A stretch of 64,000 nucleotides of DNA from Methanotrichaceae archaeon (GCA_963754945.1 CAVWIG010000018.1:32001-96000); one strand, 5' to 3'; shown: positions 41,013 to 51,679, numbered from the stretch's first letter. Made by a program: numbers and translations. The notes: generated by a model from the letters alone, not told the origin.

Positions 41013-42227
41013 TCACGTTCCCTTCAGATCCTCTCTCTGGGTTATATTCCTGATCTCCTGTTTCAGCTCCTCCGGAAGGCCCTTGATCTCAACATCAAGG
41101 AAACCTCTCACGATTACGCTGGTGGCCTCCTCGGACGAGAGGCCCCTGGCCATCAGGTACTCCAGCTCCTCCTCAGAGATCCTACCAACGGCAGCCTCGT
41201 GGGACATATCAAGGTCCCTGCTCCTTCCGTCCAGCTCAGGTATCGAGTATATCCTGCCTTTCTCGGAGAGCAGCAGTCCCACACACTCCAGATGTGCCCT
41301 GACACCAGGCACGTTTCCGGTCATCCTGCCCCTGGCTATTACCTCGCCGCCGACAGAGACCACGCGGGAGATGGACTCGGCGCTGGTATCGGGGGCGTTG
41401 AGGTTGACGTTGCTGCCCACATCGATGTTGCCCATGCTGGAATAGATTACGGTGTTGAAGCTGGCAACCGCGCCCTTTCCGGCGAGCGTTGCTGTGGGGA
41501 AGGTCTGCAGGGTCTTAACCGGTCGGAGGCAGATGTAGTTGTTGGAGAGAGACCCTCCCTCGGCTATCGTTATCCCGGTCCTGGGCCGCACCTCCACATC
41601 TTTCCCCCAACTGTGGACCATGGTGAAGCTGATCTTGGCGTCCTTCTGGATGAAGAACTCGGAGACTCCAACATGCAGCCCGCGCTGGACGTGTGCCGGA
41701 GTTGTGCATCCTGTTATGACGTGCAGCTCGGAGCCTTCCTCAGCGATGATAACGTTATGAACCCGCTGGTTCAGGTTGGTTGACCCGAGGTAGAGGCAGC
41801 TCTTGACGGGAAAGACTGTCTTCATGCCCTTTTTGGCCCTGATGAAGTACCCTGCTGGTGGAGATTGAGCCACGTCTGCTGTGTATTTATCGGCGTCAGG
41901 AGCGACCAGCTTCCACCAGTAGTCCTGGAGGTAATCGTACTTCTTCAGGGCGCTGGCCATGTCCATTATCTCCACGCCATCGTAGAGGGACTTGGCGATC
42001 ACCGGCGTCTGGTCAATCTGCACATAGGCACCGGAGGATTCTTTGTCCAGCTTTACGCCCACGTCGAGTGCCGCCTTCTTAACGACGCTTGGCAGTTCCT
42101 CAGCCTCTTGAACCTTCTCATGGGGCTTGGCCTCGGACTCGTAGCTCTCCAGGTCCACGTCGGTCCCGTACAGTGCCTTCTTCTTGCGCGCCTCGCGAGC
42201 CCTCTCCTCTACGTTGGGCACAGACAT
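41013..42227 (-). CDS. sufB: SufB/SufD-family Fe-S scaffold (SmsB-like)
   Basis: QRVHN.IIAEEGS, ITGC, H.GVSE, H.EC.GL, SHEAAVG.I, YLMARGL. Confidence 0.9.
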   Translation of the reverse strand: MSVPNVEERAREARKKKALYGTDVDLESYESEAKPHEKVQEAEELPSVVKKAALDVGVKLDKESSGAYVQIDQTPVIAKSLYDGVEIMDMASALKKYDYLQDYWWKLVAPDADKYTADVAQSPPAGYFIRAKKGMKTVFPVKSCLYLGSTNLNQRVHNVIIAEEGSELHVITGCTTPAHVQRGLHVGVSEFFIQKDAKISFTMVHSWGKDVEVRPRTGITIAEGGSLSNNYICLRPVKTLQTFPTATLAGKGAVASFNTVIYSSMGNIDVGSNVNLNAPDTSAESISRVVSVGGEVIARGRMTGNVPGVRAHLECVGLLLSEKGRIYSIPELDGRSRDLDMSHEAAVGRISEEELEYLMARGLSSEEATSVIVRGFLDVEIKGLPEELKQEIRNITQREDLKGT

Positions 42228-42937
42228 GCTACACACCCCTCATAGCCGCTCTTTTTGATCTGATCCAGGATCTCTTTCGGGTTGCCGCTGCAGACTATGG
42301 AACCGTTGAGCATGACGTGCGCCCTGTCGGCCTTCATGTACTCCAGGATGTGCCCGAAGTGAGTGATCAACAAGCCTGACTTGGTCCTCTGGCTTGGCCG
42401 CACGTCCTTTTCCGTCAATTGGTTGATGGCTTCACCGATCAGCTTGATGTTCTCCAGGTCAACTCCCGAGTCTGGCTCATCGAGCATGACGAAGTCAGGC
42501 TGCTGGGCAAGGAGCTGAACCATCTCCGACCTCTTCACCTCGCCGCCCGAGAAGCCGCGGTTCACGTCTCTGTTGGCGAAGGGCTCGAAGTCAAGCTCCT
42601 TGAGGATAGCTGGGCCATCTGCCTTAGGATTGATGATCTTGATGAGGTCCTTCAGCTTGAGGCCGCGAATGGCCGGAGGCCGCTGGAAAGCCATCCCTAT
42701 CCCAAGGCGAGCACGCTGGTCCATAGACATCATGGTTATGTCCTTTCCCTTGAACATGATCTTTCCGCTCTCAACTACATATCTTGGAATGCCCGCAATG
42801 GCGTTGAGCAGGGTTGTCTTTCCAGTCCCGTTCGGCCCGAAGAGCGCGTGTGTCTCACCGGGGCCTATTCTAAGATTAACGCCGTTAAGAACCTGTTTAC
42901 CGCCGATGCTGACAGACAGGTCAATAATCTCCAGCAG
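42209..42937 (-). CDS. sufC: SufC-family ABC ATPase (SmsC-like); probable CTG start
   Basis: [33 protein letters not shown]-terminal C..C. Confidence 0.9.
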   Translation of the reverse strand: MLEIIDLSVSIGGKQVLNGVNLRIGPGETHALFGPNGTGKTTLLNAIAGIPRYVVESGKIMFKGKDITMMSMDQRARLGIGMAFQRPPAIRGLKLKDLIKIINPKADGPAILKELDFEPFANRDVNRGFSGGEVKRSEMVQLLAQQPDFVMLDEPDSGVDLENIKLIGEAINQLTEKDVRPSQRTKSGLLITHFGHILEYMKADRAHVMLNGSIVCSGNPKEILDQIKKSGYEGCVACLCPT

Positions 42938-43057
42938 CCGGACCACCTCCAAACTTACTGTTCATTTGAAACTATGGATATAATATCCTTTTGCAGTATT
43001 TTGCAGCATATCCTTTGCAGCGGAAAAACCATATACAGAAGAGGTCGATGTAAGGGC

Positions 43058-43585
43058 ATGATCAAAGGCCGGGCATGGATCTATGGAGACGATGTGGATA
43101 CCGATGTCATAATCCCTGGAAAATACCTGAGGACCAAAGATCTCTCACTCCTTGCGTCTCATGTGATGGAAGGGCTGGACCCGGAGTTCTCCTCAAAGGT
43201 CAAGAAAGGGGATGTGATAGTGGCAGGTCGCAACTTCGGCTGCGGTTCCTCCAGGGAGCAGGCGCCTGTAGCCTTGAGGGAGGCTGGCGTGGCGGCCGTT
43301 GTGGCCAAATCCTTCGCCAGGATATTTTATAGAAATGCCATAAACATAGGCCTGCCTCTGGTGGAGGCGGACGTATGCTGCGCCCAGGGCGATGCCGTTG
43401 AGGTGGACCTGGGCAAAGGGACGGTGTGCGTCGGGGACAGAGTGGTCCAAGGAACAAAGCTGCCCGGCTTCCTGCTTGAGATTCTCCAGGATGGCGGCCT
43501 TGTGGCCCACAGAAGAAAGAGAAGAAGCAATAAGGAGCCCCATGATTTTTCCCGAGGATTACAAGACAGTCGGAATCAAGGATGA
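43058..43585 (+). CDS. hacB: Homoaconitase/isopropylmalate isomerase small subunit (YLRT loop suggests HacB/AksE); 3' end uncertain
   Basis: [44 protein letters not shown]. Confidence 0.8.
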   Translation: MIKGRAWIYGDDVDTDVIIPGKYLRTKDLSLLASHVMEGLDPEFSSKVKKGDVIVAGRNFGCGSSREQAPVALREAGVAAVVAKSFARIFYRNAINIGLPLVEADVCCAQGDAVEVDLGKGTVCVGDRVVQGTKLPGFLLEILQDGGLVAHRRKRRSNKEPHDFSRGLQDSRNQG

Positions 43586-44356
43586 CGAGCGGCCTGGAGA
43601 CCTCATCTACTTCTCCACTGAATACCTGATATCCCGGAACGGGCCCAGGCTCTACCGGGTAACCAGCTCGCGGTAAGGGTTTCATGCGAGATGTGGAGAA
43701 TCTGGAGCTTATATCCTCAGGCTCAGAGATAGCCGAGTGGCCCGAGAGAGTGGACACCAGAAACCGTTCCCTTCTGATAGAACTGGCCTGTAGGCTGCGC
43801 CAGAAGGGAGTGAGAACAGTCATCTTCACCGGCCCTGATGAGCACGTCACCTTCGTCCACGAACCAGACCCGAGCGCAGATCCTAAACATCGACATCCTG
43901 GACGTCTGTCCGCCCAATCCGCCTTGGCTTGTGTACGTAATCGACCGTCTGGAGAGCTGCGGAGTTTTGGGAGACCTCACTGTCAGATTCAGGCCCAAGG
44001 TGCTGGATCTGCGAGAGTTCGAGTCCGAGAGCGTTTACTATCCATGCCGGGCTTCAGGCCTCGGCCGGTCACTTGACTCGGACCGGGTTGTGCACGGTTC
44101 CCCCCGAATCGTGGGCTGCGAGGTCTCCAGGGAGATCTTTCTTTCCACGTACCCGGGAAAAGAGCACGAGTTCGTGAACATCTGCCCATCCCAGAGCCTT
44201 GAGCCCGACGGGCCTTTCATAGCCAGATGCTGCCGATCGGAGAGAAGAGGGCTGACCCGGAAGAACGGACACCTGGGGGTAATAGTCCACTGGGGGGACG
44301 GACCCTACCAGATTTCAGAGGCCATAAGATGTCTTGTCAAGGCTCTAAGAGAGTAG
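43542..44356 (+). pseudogene. Cys-rich hypothetical protein split by two apparent +1 frameshifts (~43668, ~43876)
   Basis: GGAG RBS then MIFPEDYK..; three consecutive frames join into one protein with YPC, GC..S, ICP, RCCRSER, VHWG. Confidence 0.6.
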
Positions 44357-45310
44357 CGGTCATCCGCGGAGACGGGATCGGCCCGGAGGTCATTGAGAGC
44401 GCCCTGGAAGTGCTGGAGGCTGCCGGCGCGGACATAGAAGAAGTGCCTGTGGAGATCGGATTTGGAAAATGGAAGCGCACCGGCAAGGCTATGACCGACG
44501 AGGATTTGGAGACCATCAAAGACTGCCGTTGCGTCTTGTTCGGGGCCATCACGACCCCACCCGACCCTAATTATAAGAGCGTTCTTCTCAGGTTGAGAAA
44601 AGAGCTGGACCTCTACGCCAACGTCCGTCCCTTCTCTAAGAGAGGATTAGACATAGTCATCGTTAGGGAGAACACAGAAGGACTCTACTCCGGCCTGGAG
44701 GAGGTGGGGGATGAGGAGGCACGAACGATCAGGGTGATCACCCGTAGAGGATCGAGAAGGATAGCTCTGAAAGCTTGTGAGCTGGCGGCCTGCAGGAGAA
44801 GGCTCACTATCGTCCACAAGGCCAACGTGCTCCACAGCGACAGGCTGTTCCTGAAGACCTGCAGGGACGTGGCAGAGAGCAGTGGTGTTCAATACGACGA
44901 TATGCTGGTGGATGCCGCCGCATATAACTTGGTAGTCACGACCCGAGAAGTTCGACGTAATGGTAACAACCAACCTGTTCGGCGACATACTTAGCGATGA
45001 GGCTGCTGGGGTCTTGGGCAGCCTGGGCCTATGTGCAAGCGCCAACCTCGGCGAGAGGTACGCCCTGTTCGAGCCCATCCACGGCAGCGCCCCTGACATA
45101 GCGGGAAAGGGAATCGCCAATCCCATCGGAACGATACGGAGCGCGGCCATGATGATGGACTGGTTCGGCGAGGCTGAGACGGCAAGAAGGATAGAGGAAG
45201 CTGTTGTGTGGTCTTTGGATCAGGGCATTACTACTCCGGACTTGGCAGGAAGTAACACTACAAGGAAGGTAACCGAAGCTATCGCCAACTATTTGCGAGA
45301 GATGGCGTAG
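44329..45310 (+). CDS. Isocitrate/isopropylmalate dehydrogenase family (AksF/LeuB-like), apparent frameshift near 44940
   Basis: GDGIGPEV, DLYANVRP, RENTEGLY, HKANV; second frame TNLFGDILSD, FEPIHGSAPDIAGK. Confidence 0.85.
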
Positions 45311-45665
45311 CGAGGCATAAGTGAAAACTTCATCGCCTTAGTCTCTTTCAACTTTTGGAATTGCCCTTGCGATCTGTATAATCTAGAAGCTGAGAATAGA
45401 AGAAGAGGCCAACAAGCTTGCCCGGAAGAAGTGCAATGTTCTTAATTGATACAAATCCCTTCGCATCGGCTGTAAAGCGTGGAAAGACTAAAGCACTGCT
45501 GCCAAGGATTCTAGATCGCTGTCAATAGCATAGCCGACATCCATGGGCTAAAATGCCGGGCATGAGAGAACCTTTACCGTTGGTAGACTCAAAGCGATTT
45601 TTGTGGCATCGTTCTGTATTACATTGATATACTTGTAATACGAACTAAATATCTTGGTGGTTTGA

Positions 45666-45890
45666 ATCTCGACATCGGTTTCAGTTCGGCTTCCCGATGA
45701 CATTGCTCGCGGCATTGAAGAGCTCGCCCGGATGATCGATCGTCCTAAGACCCATATTATTCGAAAGGCCATTGAGACATATCTAGAGGAGTACGCCGAT
45801 TATCTCATCGCGCTGGAACGAAAGAATGACAAGGACGACGGGATAGTCTCCGCCGGAGAGATGAGGGAACTTCTTGGCCTGCAGGATTGA
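45666..45890 (+). CDS. Ribbon-helix-helix antitoxin (apparent ATC start), not in the ORF track
   Basis: (M)STSVSVRLPDDI...RPKTHIIRKAIETYLEEYADY..ALER; GGTGGT RBS; overlaps the RelE gene. Confidence 0.75.
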   Translation: MSTSVSVRLPDDIARGIEELARMIDRPKTHIIRKAIETYLEEYADYLIALERKNDKDDGIVSAGEMRELLGLQD

Positions 45891-46128
45891 ATACAAATCT
45901 TCAGTCTCTCGGGACCTGAGACGTCTCGATAAAAATATAGCAAAGCGAATTCTCAAAGATCTGGAAGGGACGCTGACGGCAGAACCTGACGCGGGAATTC
46001 CGCTCTCAGGACAGTTCAAGGGCCTATTCAAGCTGCGTATCGGCGAATATCGCATCATTTACTCGAAAACCGTGAATGGTGTGCTCATTTTGAGAGTAGG
46101 GCATCGAGGTACAGTTTACGAAAGATGA
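45874..46128 (+). CDS. RelE/ParE family toxin
   Basis: I.Y...RDLRRL, L.G...G.FKLRIGEYRIIY, VGHR..VY. Confidence 0.88.
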   Translation: MACRIEYKSSVSRDLRRLDKNIAKRILKDLEGTLTAEPDAGIPLSGQFKGLFKLRIGEYRIIYSKTVNGVLILRVGHRGTVYER

Positions 46129-46299
46129 CCTCCCCAGGGAATAGAAAAGAAGCGACTCCTAGTTGTCGGCATTTACCGGAGGTCTTTAGCCCGCGGAAGC
46201 GGAGGCTATGGAGCCTGAGCGAAGCGGCGCAAGTCGCCGAATTGCAAACATTTCGAACCGAATCACTTAGACAGCACTTTGCCAGAGAAGGCTACTCAA

Positions 46300-46635
46300 T
46301 CACTGCTCGGATAATAATCGCAGGATATTCGATCGGAGATCAGGAAGCTCATTCTTGAGTACATCGTCCACAATTTCCCAGTCTACGCCAAAGTAGTGGT
46401 GAACCAGCTTATTTCTCATGCCGTTCATTCGCCTCCACGGTATCTCAGGATGCGCCTTCTTCAAGTCCTCCGAGATGCTCCTGGATGCTTCTCCAATAAT
46501 CTCCAAAGACTTTAAGCAGGCTCTGCTTAGAACCTTGTCCTTCATCAGGTCCTGCATCTCAAGGTCTGCGCAATTCTCCGTGAGGAAATCCATCTCTTCA
46601 AGGATGTGCTCCAGGAACTCTTTGTCTTTATTCAG
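46300..46635 (-). CDS. hepT: HepT (DUF86/HEPN) RNase toxin; probable CTG start
   Basis: LEIIGEA, EIPW, GMRNKLVHHYFG (Rx4HxY). Confidence 0.88.
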   Translation of the reverse strand: MNKDKEFLEHILEEMDFLTENCADLEMQDLMKDKVLSRACLKSLEIIGEASRSISEDLKKAHPEIPWRRMNGMRNKLVHHYFGVDWEIVDDVLKNELPDLRSNILRLLSEQ

Positions 46636-46910
46636 ACCAGATCACATCCTTCTCCACATACGGCCGGATACGAGAATGTAACCCTTTGACGGTGACTAGA
46701 TCCACCTCTTTGCCCAAATAGGTCTTCCAGGTAAAAGGATAGGTTCATGAAGTTCCTGAAGGTCGGCTTCTCGAACTCCACCAGGATGTCGATGTCACTG
46801 GACGCCTTCTGCTCGCCGCGGGCAAAAGAGCCAAAGAGGCCGATCCGCTTTACCGCGAAGCTGGCCTTAATGTAATTGGCGTGGCTCCTGAGAAGATCGA
46901 TTATTTCCAT
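46628..46910 (-). CDS. mntA: MntA minimal nucleotidyltransferase antitoxin, apparent +1 frameshift ~46713
   Basis: FGSFARGE....SDID; removing one G restores FGKEVDLVT...IRPYVEKDVIWSE*. Confidence 0.82.
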
Positions 46911-47335
46911 TTTCTGTCCATCATGAATGGTTTTCTAACGCTAAAAGCATTGCTCTTTGCGTATCCCTCAGCCAACTCTGCCAACTCTCCGTCCGCAGGC
47001 CCACCACCCCTGCGCGCGTGGGCTGCATGCCTCCGAAAAGCAGGGCGAGCGGGCTAGCCTGCCCGGCCGGATAGGATGAACTGGTATGCTCCGATGGCTT
47101 GAGCCACCATCAAAAATGCCACCAGGGCTGCTAGGCATATTACCTCGTTTAAACTCATCAAAAGGAGACACTTCCCTTCGTTGAGCCCAAGAAGAATCGC
47201 CCAGAGATAATAATTGCGAGCCTCCGAGCATGCTACATTTTTGGCAATAGGTTCCCGAAACGATCCCTGCTGCAAGTCCGATTGTGTAGTCCCGATCGAA
47301 AGCTTTTTTATTCTGAACCCCCTTAGAACCTGGGA

Positions 47336-47599
47336 ATGAAAGAGGGAACAAACGGAGCGGAGAGCAGGATTCAGCAGCTCAAGGACAAGTTCGACCTCGA
47401 CGAGATGGTCGGAGATATAGGCATATCCACGCCTTCCATGAACGTGAGAGAGTATATCAGGGTCCTTAGGCTGGCCAGAAAGCCCGACAGAGAAGAGTTC
47501 ACTATGATCGCCAAGGTGTCGATAGCCGGAATAGCCCTAATAGGAATTATGGGGTTTCTTATCTACGTGCTGTTGACCCAGGTGCCGAAAGCTATCTAG
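47336..47599 (+). CDS. secE: Protein translocase SecE/Sec61-gamma
   Basis: EYIRVLRLARKP.REEF...K...G...IG.MGF.IY. Confidence 0.9.
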   Translation: MKEGTNGAESRIQQLKDKFDLDEMVGDIGISTPSMNVREYIRVLRLARKPDREEFTMIAKVSIAGIALIGIMGFLIYVLLTQVPKAI

Positions 47600-47626
47600 A
47601 ATGGGTTTAAAAGCCAAGCCGGCTCT

Positions 47627-48766
47627 TTAAGAGCCAAGCTCTTTTGCATCGGATTTGTTCAAGGCGCGCAGAGTAGCGCCGAACTCGGACTCCACAATAG
47701 AGGTTACTCCCATGGTCTTGGGGTGAAGGTCCAGCTCTACTATAACATGGTCGTGTCCCATATCACGGAGTGGCTTGACCTGCCGCGGTCCATTGGTAAC
47801 AGAGAATATCTCCAAACCTTGCAGGCATTGAGCAGGAATGGCGTGGGGCACTCCCGAGATTACCGCAAAATCGTAGCTACCGTGTTCTTTGATGTATCTG
47901 GCAACCTTCTGGCCCGCCACAGGATACTCGTCCAGGCCTCCGATCAGGTCGAACTTGACTCCCCGATCAGACAAATCCCGGGCTATGTTCCCGGCGTCCC
48001 TCCGAACCTTGGGCAGGCCGACCTCCTGGTCCAGGTTGGCTAGGGTGTCTATCTTTCCGTCGGCAACTTCATAGACGGCAGCGGTGATATCGGCAAACAT
48101 GTAGGCTGTCTCCTTTTTGGCGTTGAGTATATTCAATCCTCTTTTTCCCTGGGCTATCAGCTCTAGTAGCCTTGTTGCCACCTGAAACTTGAGATCCCCG
48201 CGATCGGGAGCCAGATATTCGCTGCTTGCAGCACCATAGAGCCTCTCCACCTCGGTTGCCTTATCCAGAAGGACCTTCTGCCGGTCGAACTCGGTCTGGT
48301 CTACGATCCCCAGATCCAGAGCAGCTTCTAGAGTGATGATCACCCCACGGGTGTTGTCGCGGTAACCGGCGTGGACCTCCACTTCCAGAACGGGAACATT
48401 CAGGTCGGCTTCCAAAACGGCCTGGTGCAGATCCTCTCCGATAATCATGCTGCTGCAGGTTCCGGTTATTGCAATGAGCTTTGGATCGAAGAGCTCCTTG
48501 GCTTTCCTAAGCAGGCGGACTAGAGACTCCTGACCACCGAAGACGAACCCAACCTCGTCTAGGGCTGTTGTCAGCACGCGAACTCCGTCTTCCTCCAATA
48601 GCCTTGCGTGCTTGAAACAGCATCCGCTCGGGCCGTGGAGTATGACCACATCGGCCCCTAGGTCGCGCAGCGTGTAGAGTGCAGCTACGATGGAACTGGG
48701 CCTGGGGTGCAGAATCTGCATATTCTGAACCTCGTCTTTCTTGACTTCGCTCGACATAATCATCAC
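47627..48766 (-). CDS. cfbD: Ni-sirohydrochlorin a,c-diamide reductive cyclase catalytic subunit (NflD)
   Basis: [47 protein letters not shown]. Confidence 0.93.
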   Translation of the reverse strand: MMIMSSEVKKDEVQNMQILHPRPSSIVAALYTLRDLGADVVILHGPSGCCFKHARLLEEDGVRVLTTALDEVGFVFGGQESLVRLLRKAKELFDPKLIAITGTCSSMIIGEDLHQAVLEADLNVPVLEVEVHAGYRDNTRGVIITLEAALDLGIVDQTEFDRQKVLLDKATEVERLYGAASSEYLAPDRGDLKFQVATRLLELIAQGKRGLNILNAKKETAYMFADITAAVYEVADGKIDTLANLDQEVGLPKVRRDAGNIARDLSDRGVKFDLIGGLDEYPVAGQKVARYIKEHGSYDFAVISGVPHAIPAQCLQGLEIFSVTNGPRQVKPLRDMGHDHVIVELDLHPKTMGVTSIVESEFGATLRALNKSDAKELGS

Positions 48767-50010
48767 CTAAAGCATTTGACGCATGAAAGCAACCTATCAA
48801 TTCCGCCCGAGGCCCTCGCCATTTCGATTCCAGCAGCAAGGTCGGGCGCTGTCTTTGCCTTGAGATCAACGGCCCAGGGAGCCATCCTATCTCCGACCAG
48901 GATCAGTTGACCGATCTCCGACCGACGTATCCTGAGCAGGTTTATCAACCTGGGCACGTCCATCCCTTCACAGACAGTCTCGGACTCCTCGCCCACTACG
49001 AGACCAACCCTGCCGCCCGAGATCCTGTCCAGAACCCGGCTCACATCGGAGACCTTGAGACCCGAGTTGGAGCTGTCGTAGATCTCCAGGCCTCCCTCTC
49101 TGGTGACTTTCATTCGACCGACAAATCCGTCAAAACCCTCCAGGCTCGCCGCGACCTCTTCTACACATACACCTGCGGCATGGCAGGCGGCAGCGGCAGC
49201 GGAAATAGCTGTTTCGTACCCGGGATAGTCTAGGTCCCGATCCAGCTCTAGGCCGACCGCTTCGTTTCCAAAGTGCAGTTCCTCCGGAGTTGCCCAAACG
49301 ACCCCTTCTCGTCCGAAGGAGACGTCTGGCGATATTCTGACATCTGCATTGGCAACAATCCTGGAGCCTTCTTTGGCCAGGGTAAGCATCTGCAGTTTGG
49401 CGGTGCTGGCCCATGCGGTTCCCTGGGCTATCCTGTAGTCTCCGGAAAAGCTGGTCAAGACGCCGAGGTCGGACAGGCCGGTGCCCCCAAGGGACACCTC
49501 GCACACCAGGGAGTCGGCCTGGTTGGCCTCGGCTGCTTCGACCGCGCGGATCACGTTTCCGGGAGTTATGCTCAACCCGGCCTGGACCATACGGCTCGAT
49601 CCGTTCGACCACAGCTCTATTCCGCGAGTGGTGTGAGAGACGATCCTTCTATTGCCGGAGAGGATCTTCGCCAGCAGCAACGCAGTGGACGTCTTGCTGT
49701 GGGTTCCGGTGACCTCGAACACCGGTAGGCGCGGATGGACCAGCTCGCCCACCGCCTGGTGATGGGTGATGATCCTCTTTCCGAGCCTCCTGGCCTCGGC
49801 CAGAGCCGGGTTTCCAGGCCCCAAGTGCACCGGAGAGACTACAAGATCAAAACATTCGAGGCCTGGAGTGCTGTGATAGACCTCGAAGGCATGAGCATCC
49901 ACCCCTGAATCCACCATCTTCTGGGCGATTACCCCTGCCCCGTGGATGGTGTCCAGCACGGCTACCTTAGAGCTTCCTCTGCACGCTTCAAGGCCAGAGT
50001 GGCTATGCAT
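48763..50010 (-). CDS. cfbE: Coenzyme F430 synthase (Mur-ligase-like)
   Basis: [33 protein letters not shown]; located between cfbA and cfbD. Confidence 0.85.
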   Translation of the reverse strand: MHSHSGLEACRGSSKVAVLDTIHGAGVIAQKMVDSGVDAHAFEVYHSTPGLECFDLVVSPVHLGPGNPALAEARRLGKRIITHHQAVGELVHPRLPVFEVTGTHSKTSTALLLAKILSGNRRIVSHTTRGIELWSNGSSRMVQAGLSITPGNVIRAVEAAEANQADSLVCEVSLGGTGLSDLGVLTSFSGDYRIAQGTAWASTAKLQMLTLAKEGSRIVANADVRISPDVSFGREGVVWATPEELHFGNEAVGLELDRDLDYPGYETAISAAAAACHAAGVCVEEVAASLEGFDGFVGRMKVTREGGLEIYDSSNSGLKVSDVSRVLDRISGGRVGLVVGEESETVCEGMDVPRLINLLRIRRSEIGQLILVGDRMAPWAVDLKAKTAPDLAAGIEMARASGGIDRLLSCVKCFR

Positions 50011-50354
50011 TCGTCCATTCCAAGGGGCTCGGCGCAGAAGACCTCCACGCCTTGGCCTCCGATGTTCACCACGCCTTTTCTGCTCTTTTCATCCACTCCC
50101 AGCTCTCTGGGTATGTCCTCCTTTGTGTGAACTCCGTGGGCCAGGAAAAGGGGCAGAGCCACTATCCTTTTAACATTCGTTCCTGCAAAGCTCTGCAAGC
50201 CTTCAGGTATGTGGGGCTGATTGGCGTTGAGATAAGCTGTCTTCACAGGTCCGGGATGGCTCATGGCGATCAATTGGGCCATCTCCTCTACTAGCTCTCT
50301 GTTGTAGGGCAGGGTCGATCCGTGCCCCAGCACAAGTATGCCTACATCCTTCAT
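49962..50354 (-). CDS. cfbA: Sirohydrochlorin nickel chelatase (CbiXs-type)
   Basis: LGHGS.LPYN, PLFLAHGVHT..DIP, EPLG. Confidence 0.88.
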   Translation of the reverse strand: MKDVGILVLGHGSTLPYNRELVEEMAQLIAMSHPGPVKTAYLNANQPHIPEGLQSFAGTNVKRIVALPLFLAHGVHTKEDIPRELGVDEKSRKGVVNIGGQGVEVFCAEPLGMDECIATLALKRAEEALR

Positions 50355-50481
50355 AGAAACACCAATGTTACTTTTCTCCGCTATCGTGTTAACAGCACGA
50401 TATATTCATAAGTAATAAACCCTTTCGGTAAAGAAGTCCATAAAAACGATCGATAGCAGCCCATGAGGAGGCCGCTGGCTT

Positions 50482-51018
50482 ATGACTAAGGGCTTAGATG
50501 CAAAGTGGAAATGCGCAATACTCTTGGCTGTGATTTTAGCGGCTGCTGGAGCAACTGTCATCCTGTCCTTTGGCGAAGGAATCCTTCTGCACACGCAGCA
50601 GCCCTACAGCATTTCGGATAACAGAACCCTCGTGGCTGAGGACGTCGATCCCTCGGCGGGAGTGGTCTGGTTGAAGCTATATAGCAGAAATGAGACCCTG
50701 AAATCCTCGCTTCTGGGGGTGGGTGGCCACTTCGATTACGACCATACTAATCTAACAGTGAACAAGATCTACGCAGGGGGTGAACGGGACTTGGTGGAGA
50801 TAGGGCTGAACAAAAGTTCGTCTGCTAACAGATCTGAGCATCTTGTTCCCGCTAACAATTCTATAAACAGCTATGCAAACACTTCTGCAAACATATCCTC
50901 AAATTCGTCTGTATCAGCCAAGGCCTCTGTGAAAAGCCCAGCCTTTGGAGCCCCGGTTTTTTTCGCAGTTGTCTTCTTGGCTCTAGGGGTTGCAAGAAGG
51001 GTCAAAAGAATGAAATAA
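50482..51018 (+). CDS. Hypothetical surface protein with PGF-CTERM-like tail
   Basis: N-terminal TM, Ser/Asn-rich linker, KSPAF followed by TM and basic RRVKR. Confidence 0.6.
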   Translation: MTKGLDAKWKCAILLAVILAAAGATVILSFGEGILLHTQQPYSISDNRTLVAEDVDPSAGVVWLKLYSRNETLKSSLLGVGGHFDYDHTNLTVNKIYAGGERDLVEIGLNKSSSANRSEHLVPANNSINSYANTSANISSNSSVSAKASVKSPAFGAPVFFAVVFLALGVARRVKRMK

Positions 51019-51065
51019 TTCCATAGACTGGATCCAAAAGGCTGGGAAAATCTTTCCCTGGCTAT

Positions 51066-51653
51066 TTATCTACAGGCTTTTTTGGCCGCGAAATACTTCT
51101 CGAAGACTGTGTGGATTTCTTGTGGAGTTTCTATCACAAAAACGTCTTCCATCATCCTCAGCTTCTGGACGTTCTCGGCGTCCTCTTTTCTTATCCGGAG
51201 GCGCATCTCGCTTCCGTCAGGCAGTCGGGTGGTCAGAATCCCAGGTTTGTAGTCGCAGGGCATTATGTATGTTGGAACGAAGGCCTTCTGGCTCATGATG
51301 GCAGCATTGGACAGCAGTGAGTCCGCGAGGCCAAGGGATATCTTGGCTACTGTGTTGGAGGTAGCGGGTGCGATAATGAGGAACTCGTACCTCTTCACCT
51401 GGAGCTGGCCAGCCAAAAATGGAGAGTTGGAGTTAATCTCCACCCAAACCTTGTCGAAGTTCTTTTCCAGGTCGTTGAAGAGCTTGTAGTACTTTATAAC
51501 TTGCTCCCCGGCCTTGGAGACGAAGACCCGGATGTCCACAACATCGTCGTACTGTTTCTGCAGTCCTTTCATGACATCTACGGTCTCTACGATTCTGTCT
51601 CCGCTGCCGGTTATCCCCCAGGCGACTTTGCGGCGCGTTCCCTCATTGGCCAT
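51066..51653 (-). CDS. afpA: Archaeoflavoprotein AfpA
   Basis: AWGITGSG, SKAG, PATSNTVAK...G.AD, MPCD. Confidence 0.88.
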   Translation of the reverse strand: MANEGTRRKVAWGITGSGDRIVETVDVMKGLQKQYDDVVDIRVFVSKAGEQVIKYYKLFNDLEKNFDKVWVEINSNSPFLAGQLQVKRYEFLIIAPATSNTVAKISLGLADSLLSNAAIMSQKAFVPTYIMPCDYKPGILTTRLPDGSEMRLRIRKEDAENVQKLRMMEDVFVIETPQEIHTVFEKYFAAKKACR

Positions 51654-51679
51654 GGTATCTCCTTCCTTTTAAAAGATAA

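Noticed and set aside
42419-43057. Long N-terminal extension of the 388-aa ORF 42419-43585
   Set aside because: Antisense shadow of sufC; the recognisable protein begins at ATG 43058
43660-44950. Programmed frameshifting or stop readthrough (Pyl/Sec) to explain the split genes
   Set aside because: No slippery heptamers at the junctions, and the continuation is in a different frame rather than beyond an in-frame UAG or UGA
46125-46300. Possible UPF0175-like antitoxin remnant (SLSEAAQVAEL)
   Set aside because: Only a short resemblance, and the ORF runs into hepT on the opposite strand
46968-47351. Minus-strand ORFs between mntA and secE
   Set aside because: No recognisable family or clear start; may be a decayed membrane-protein gene
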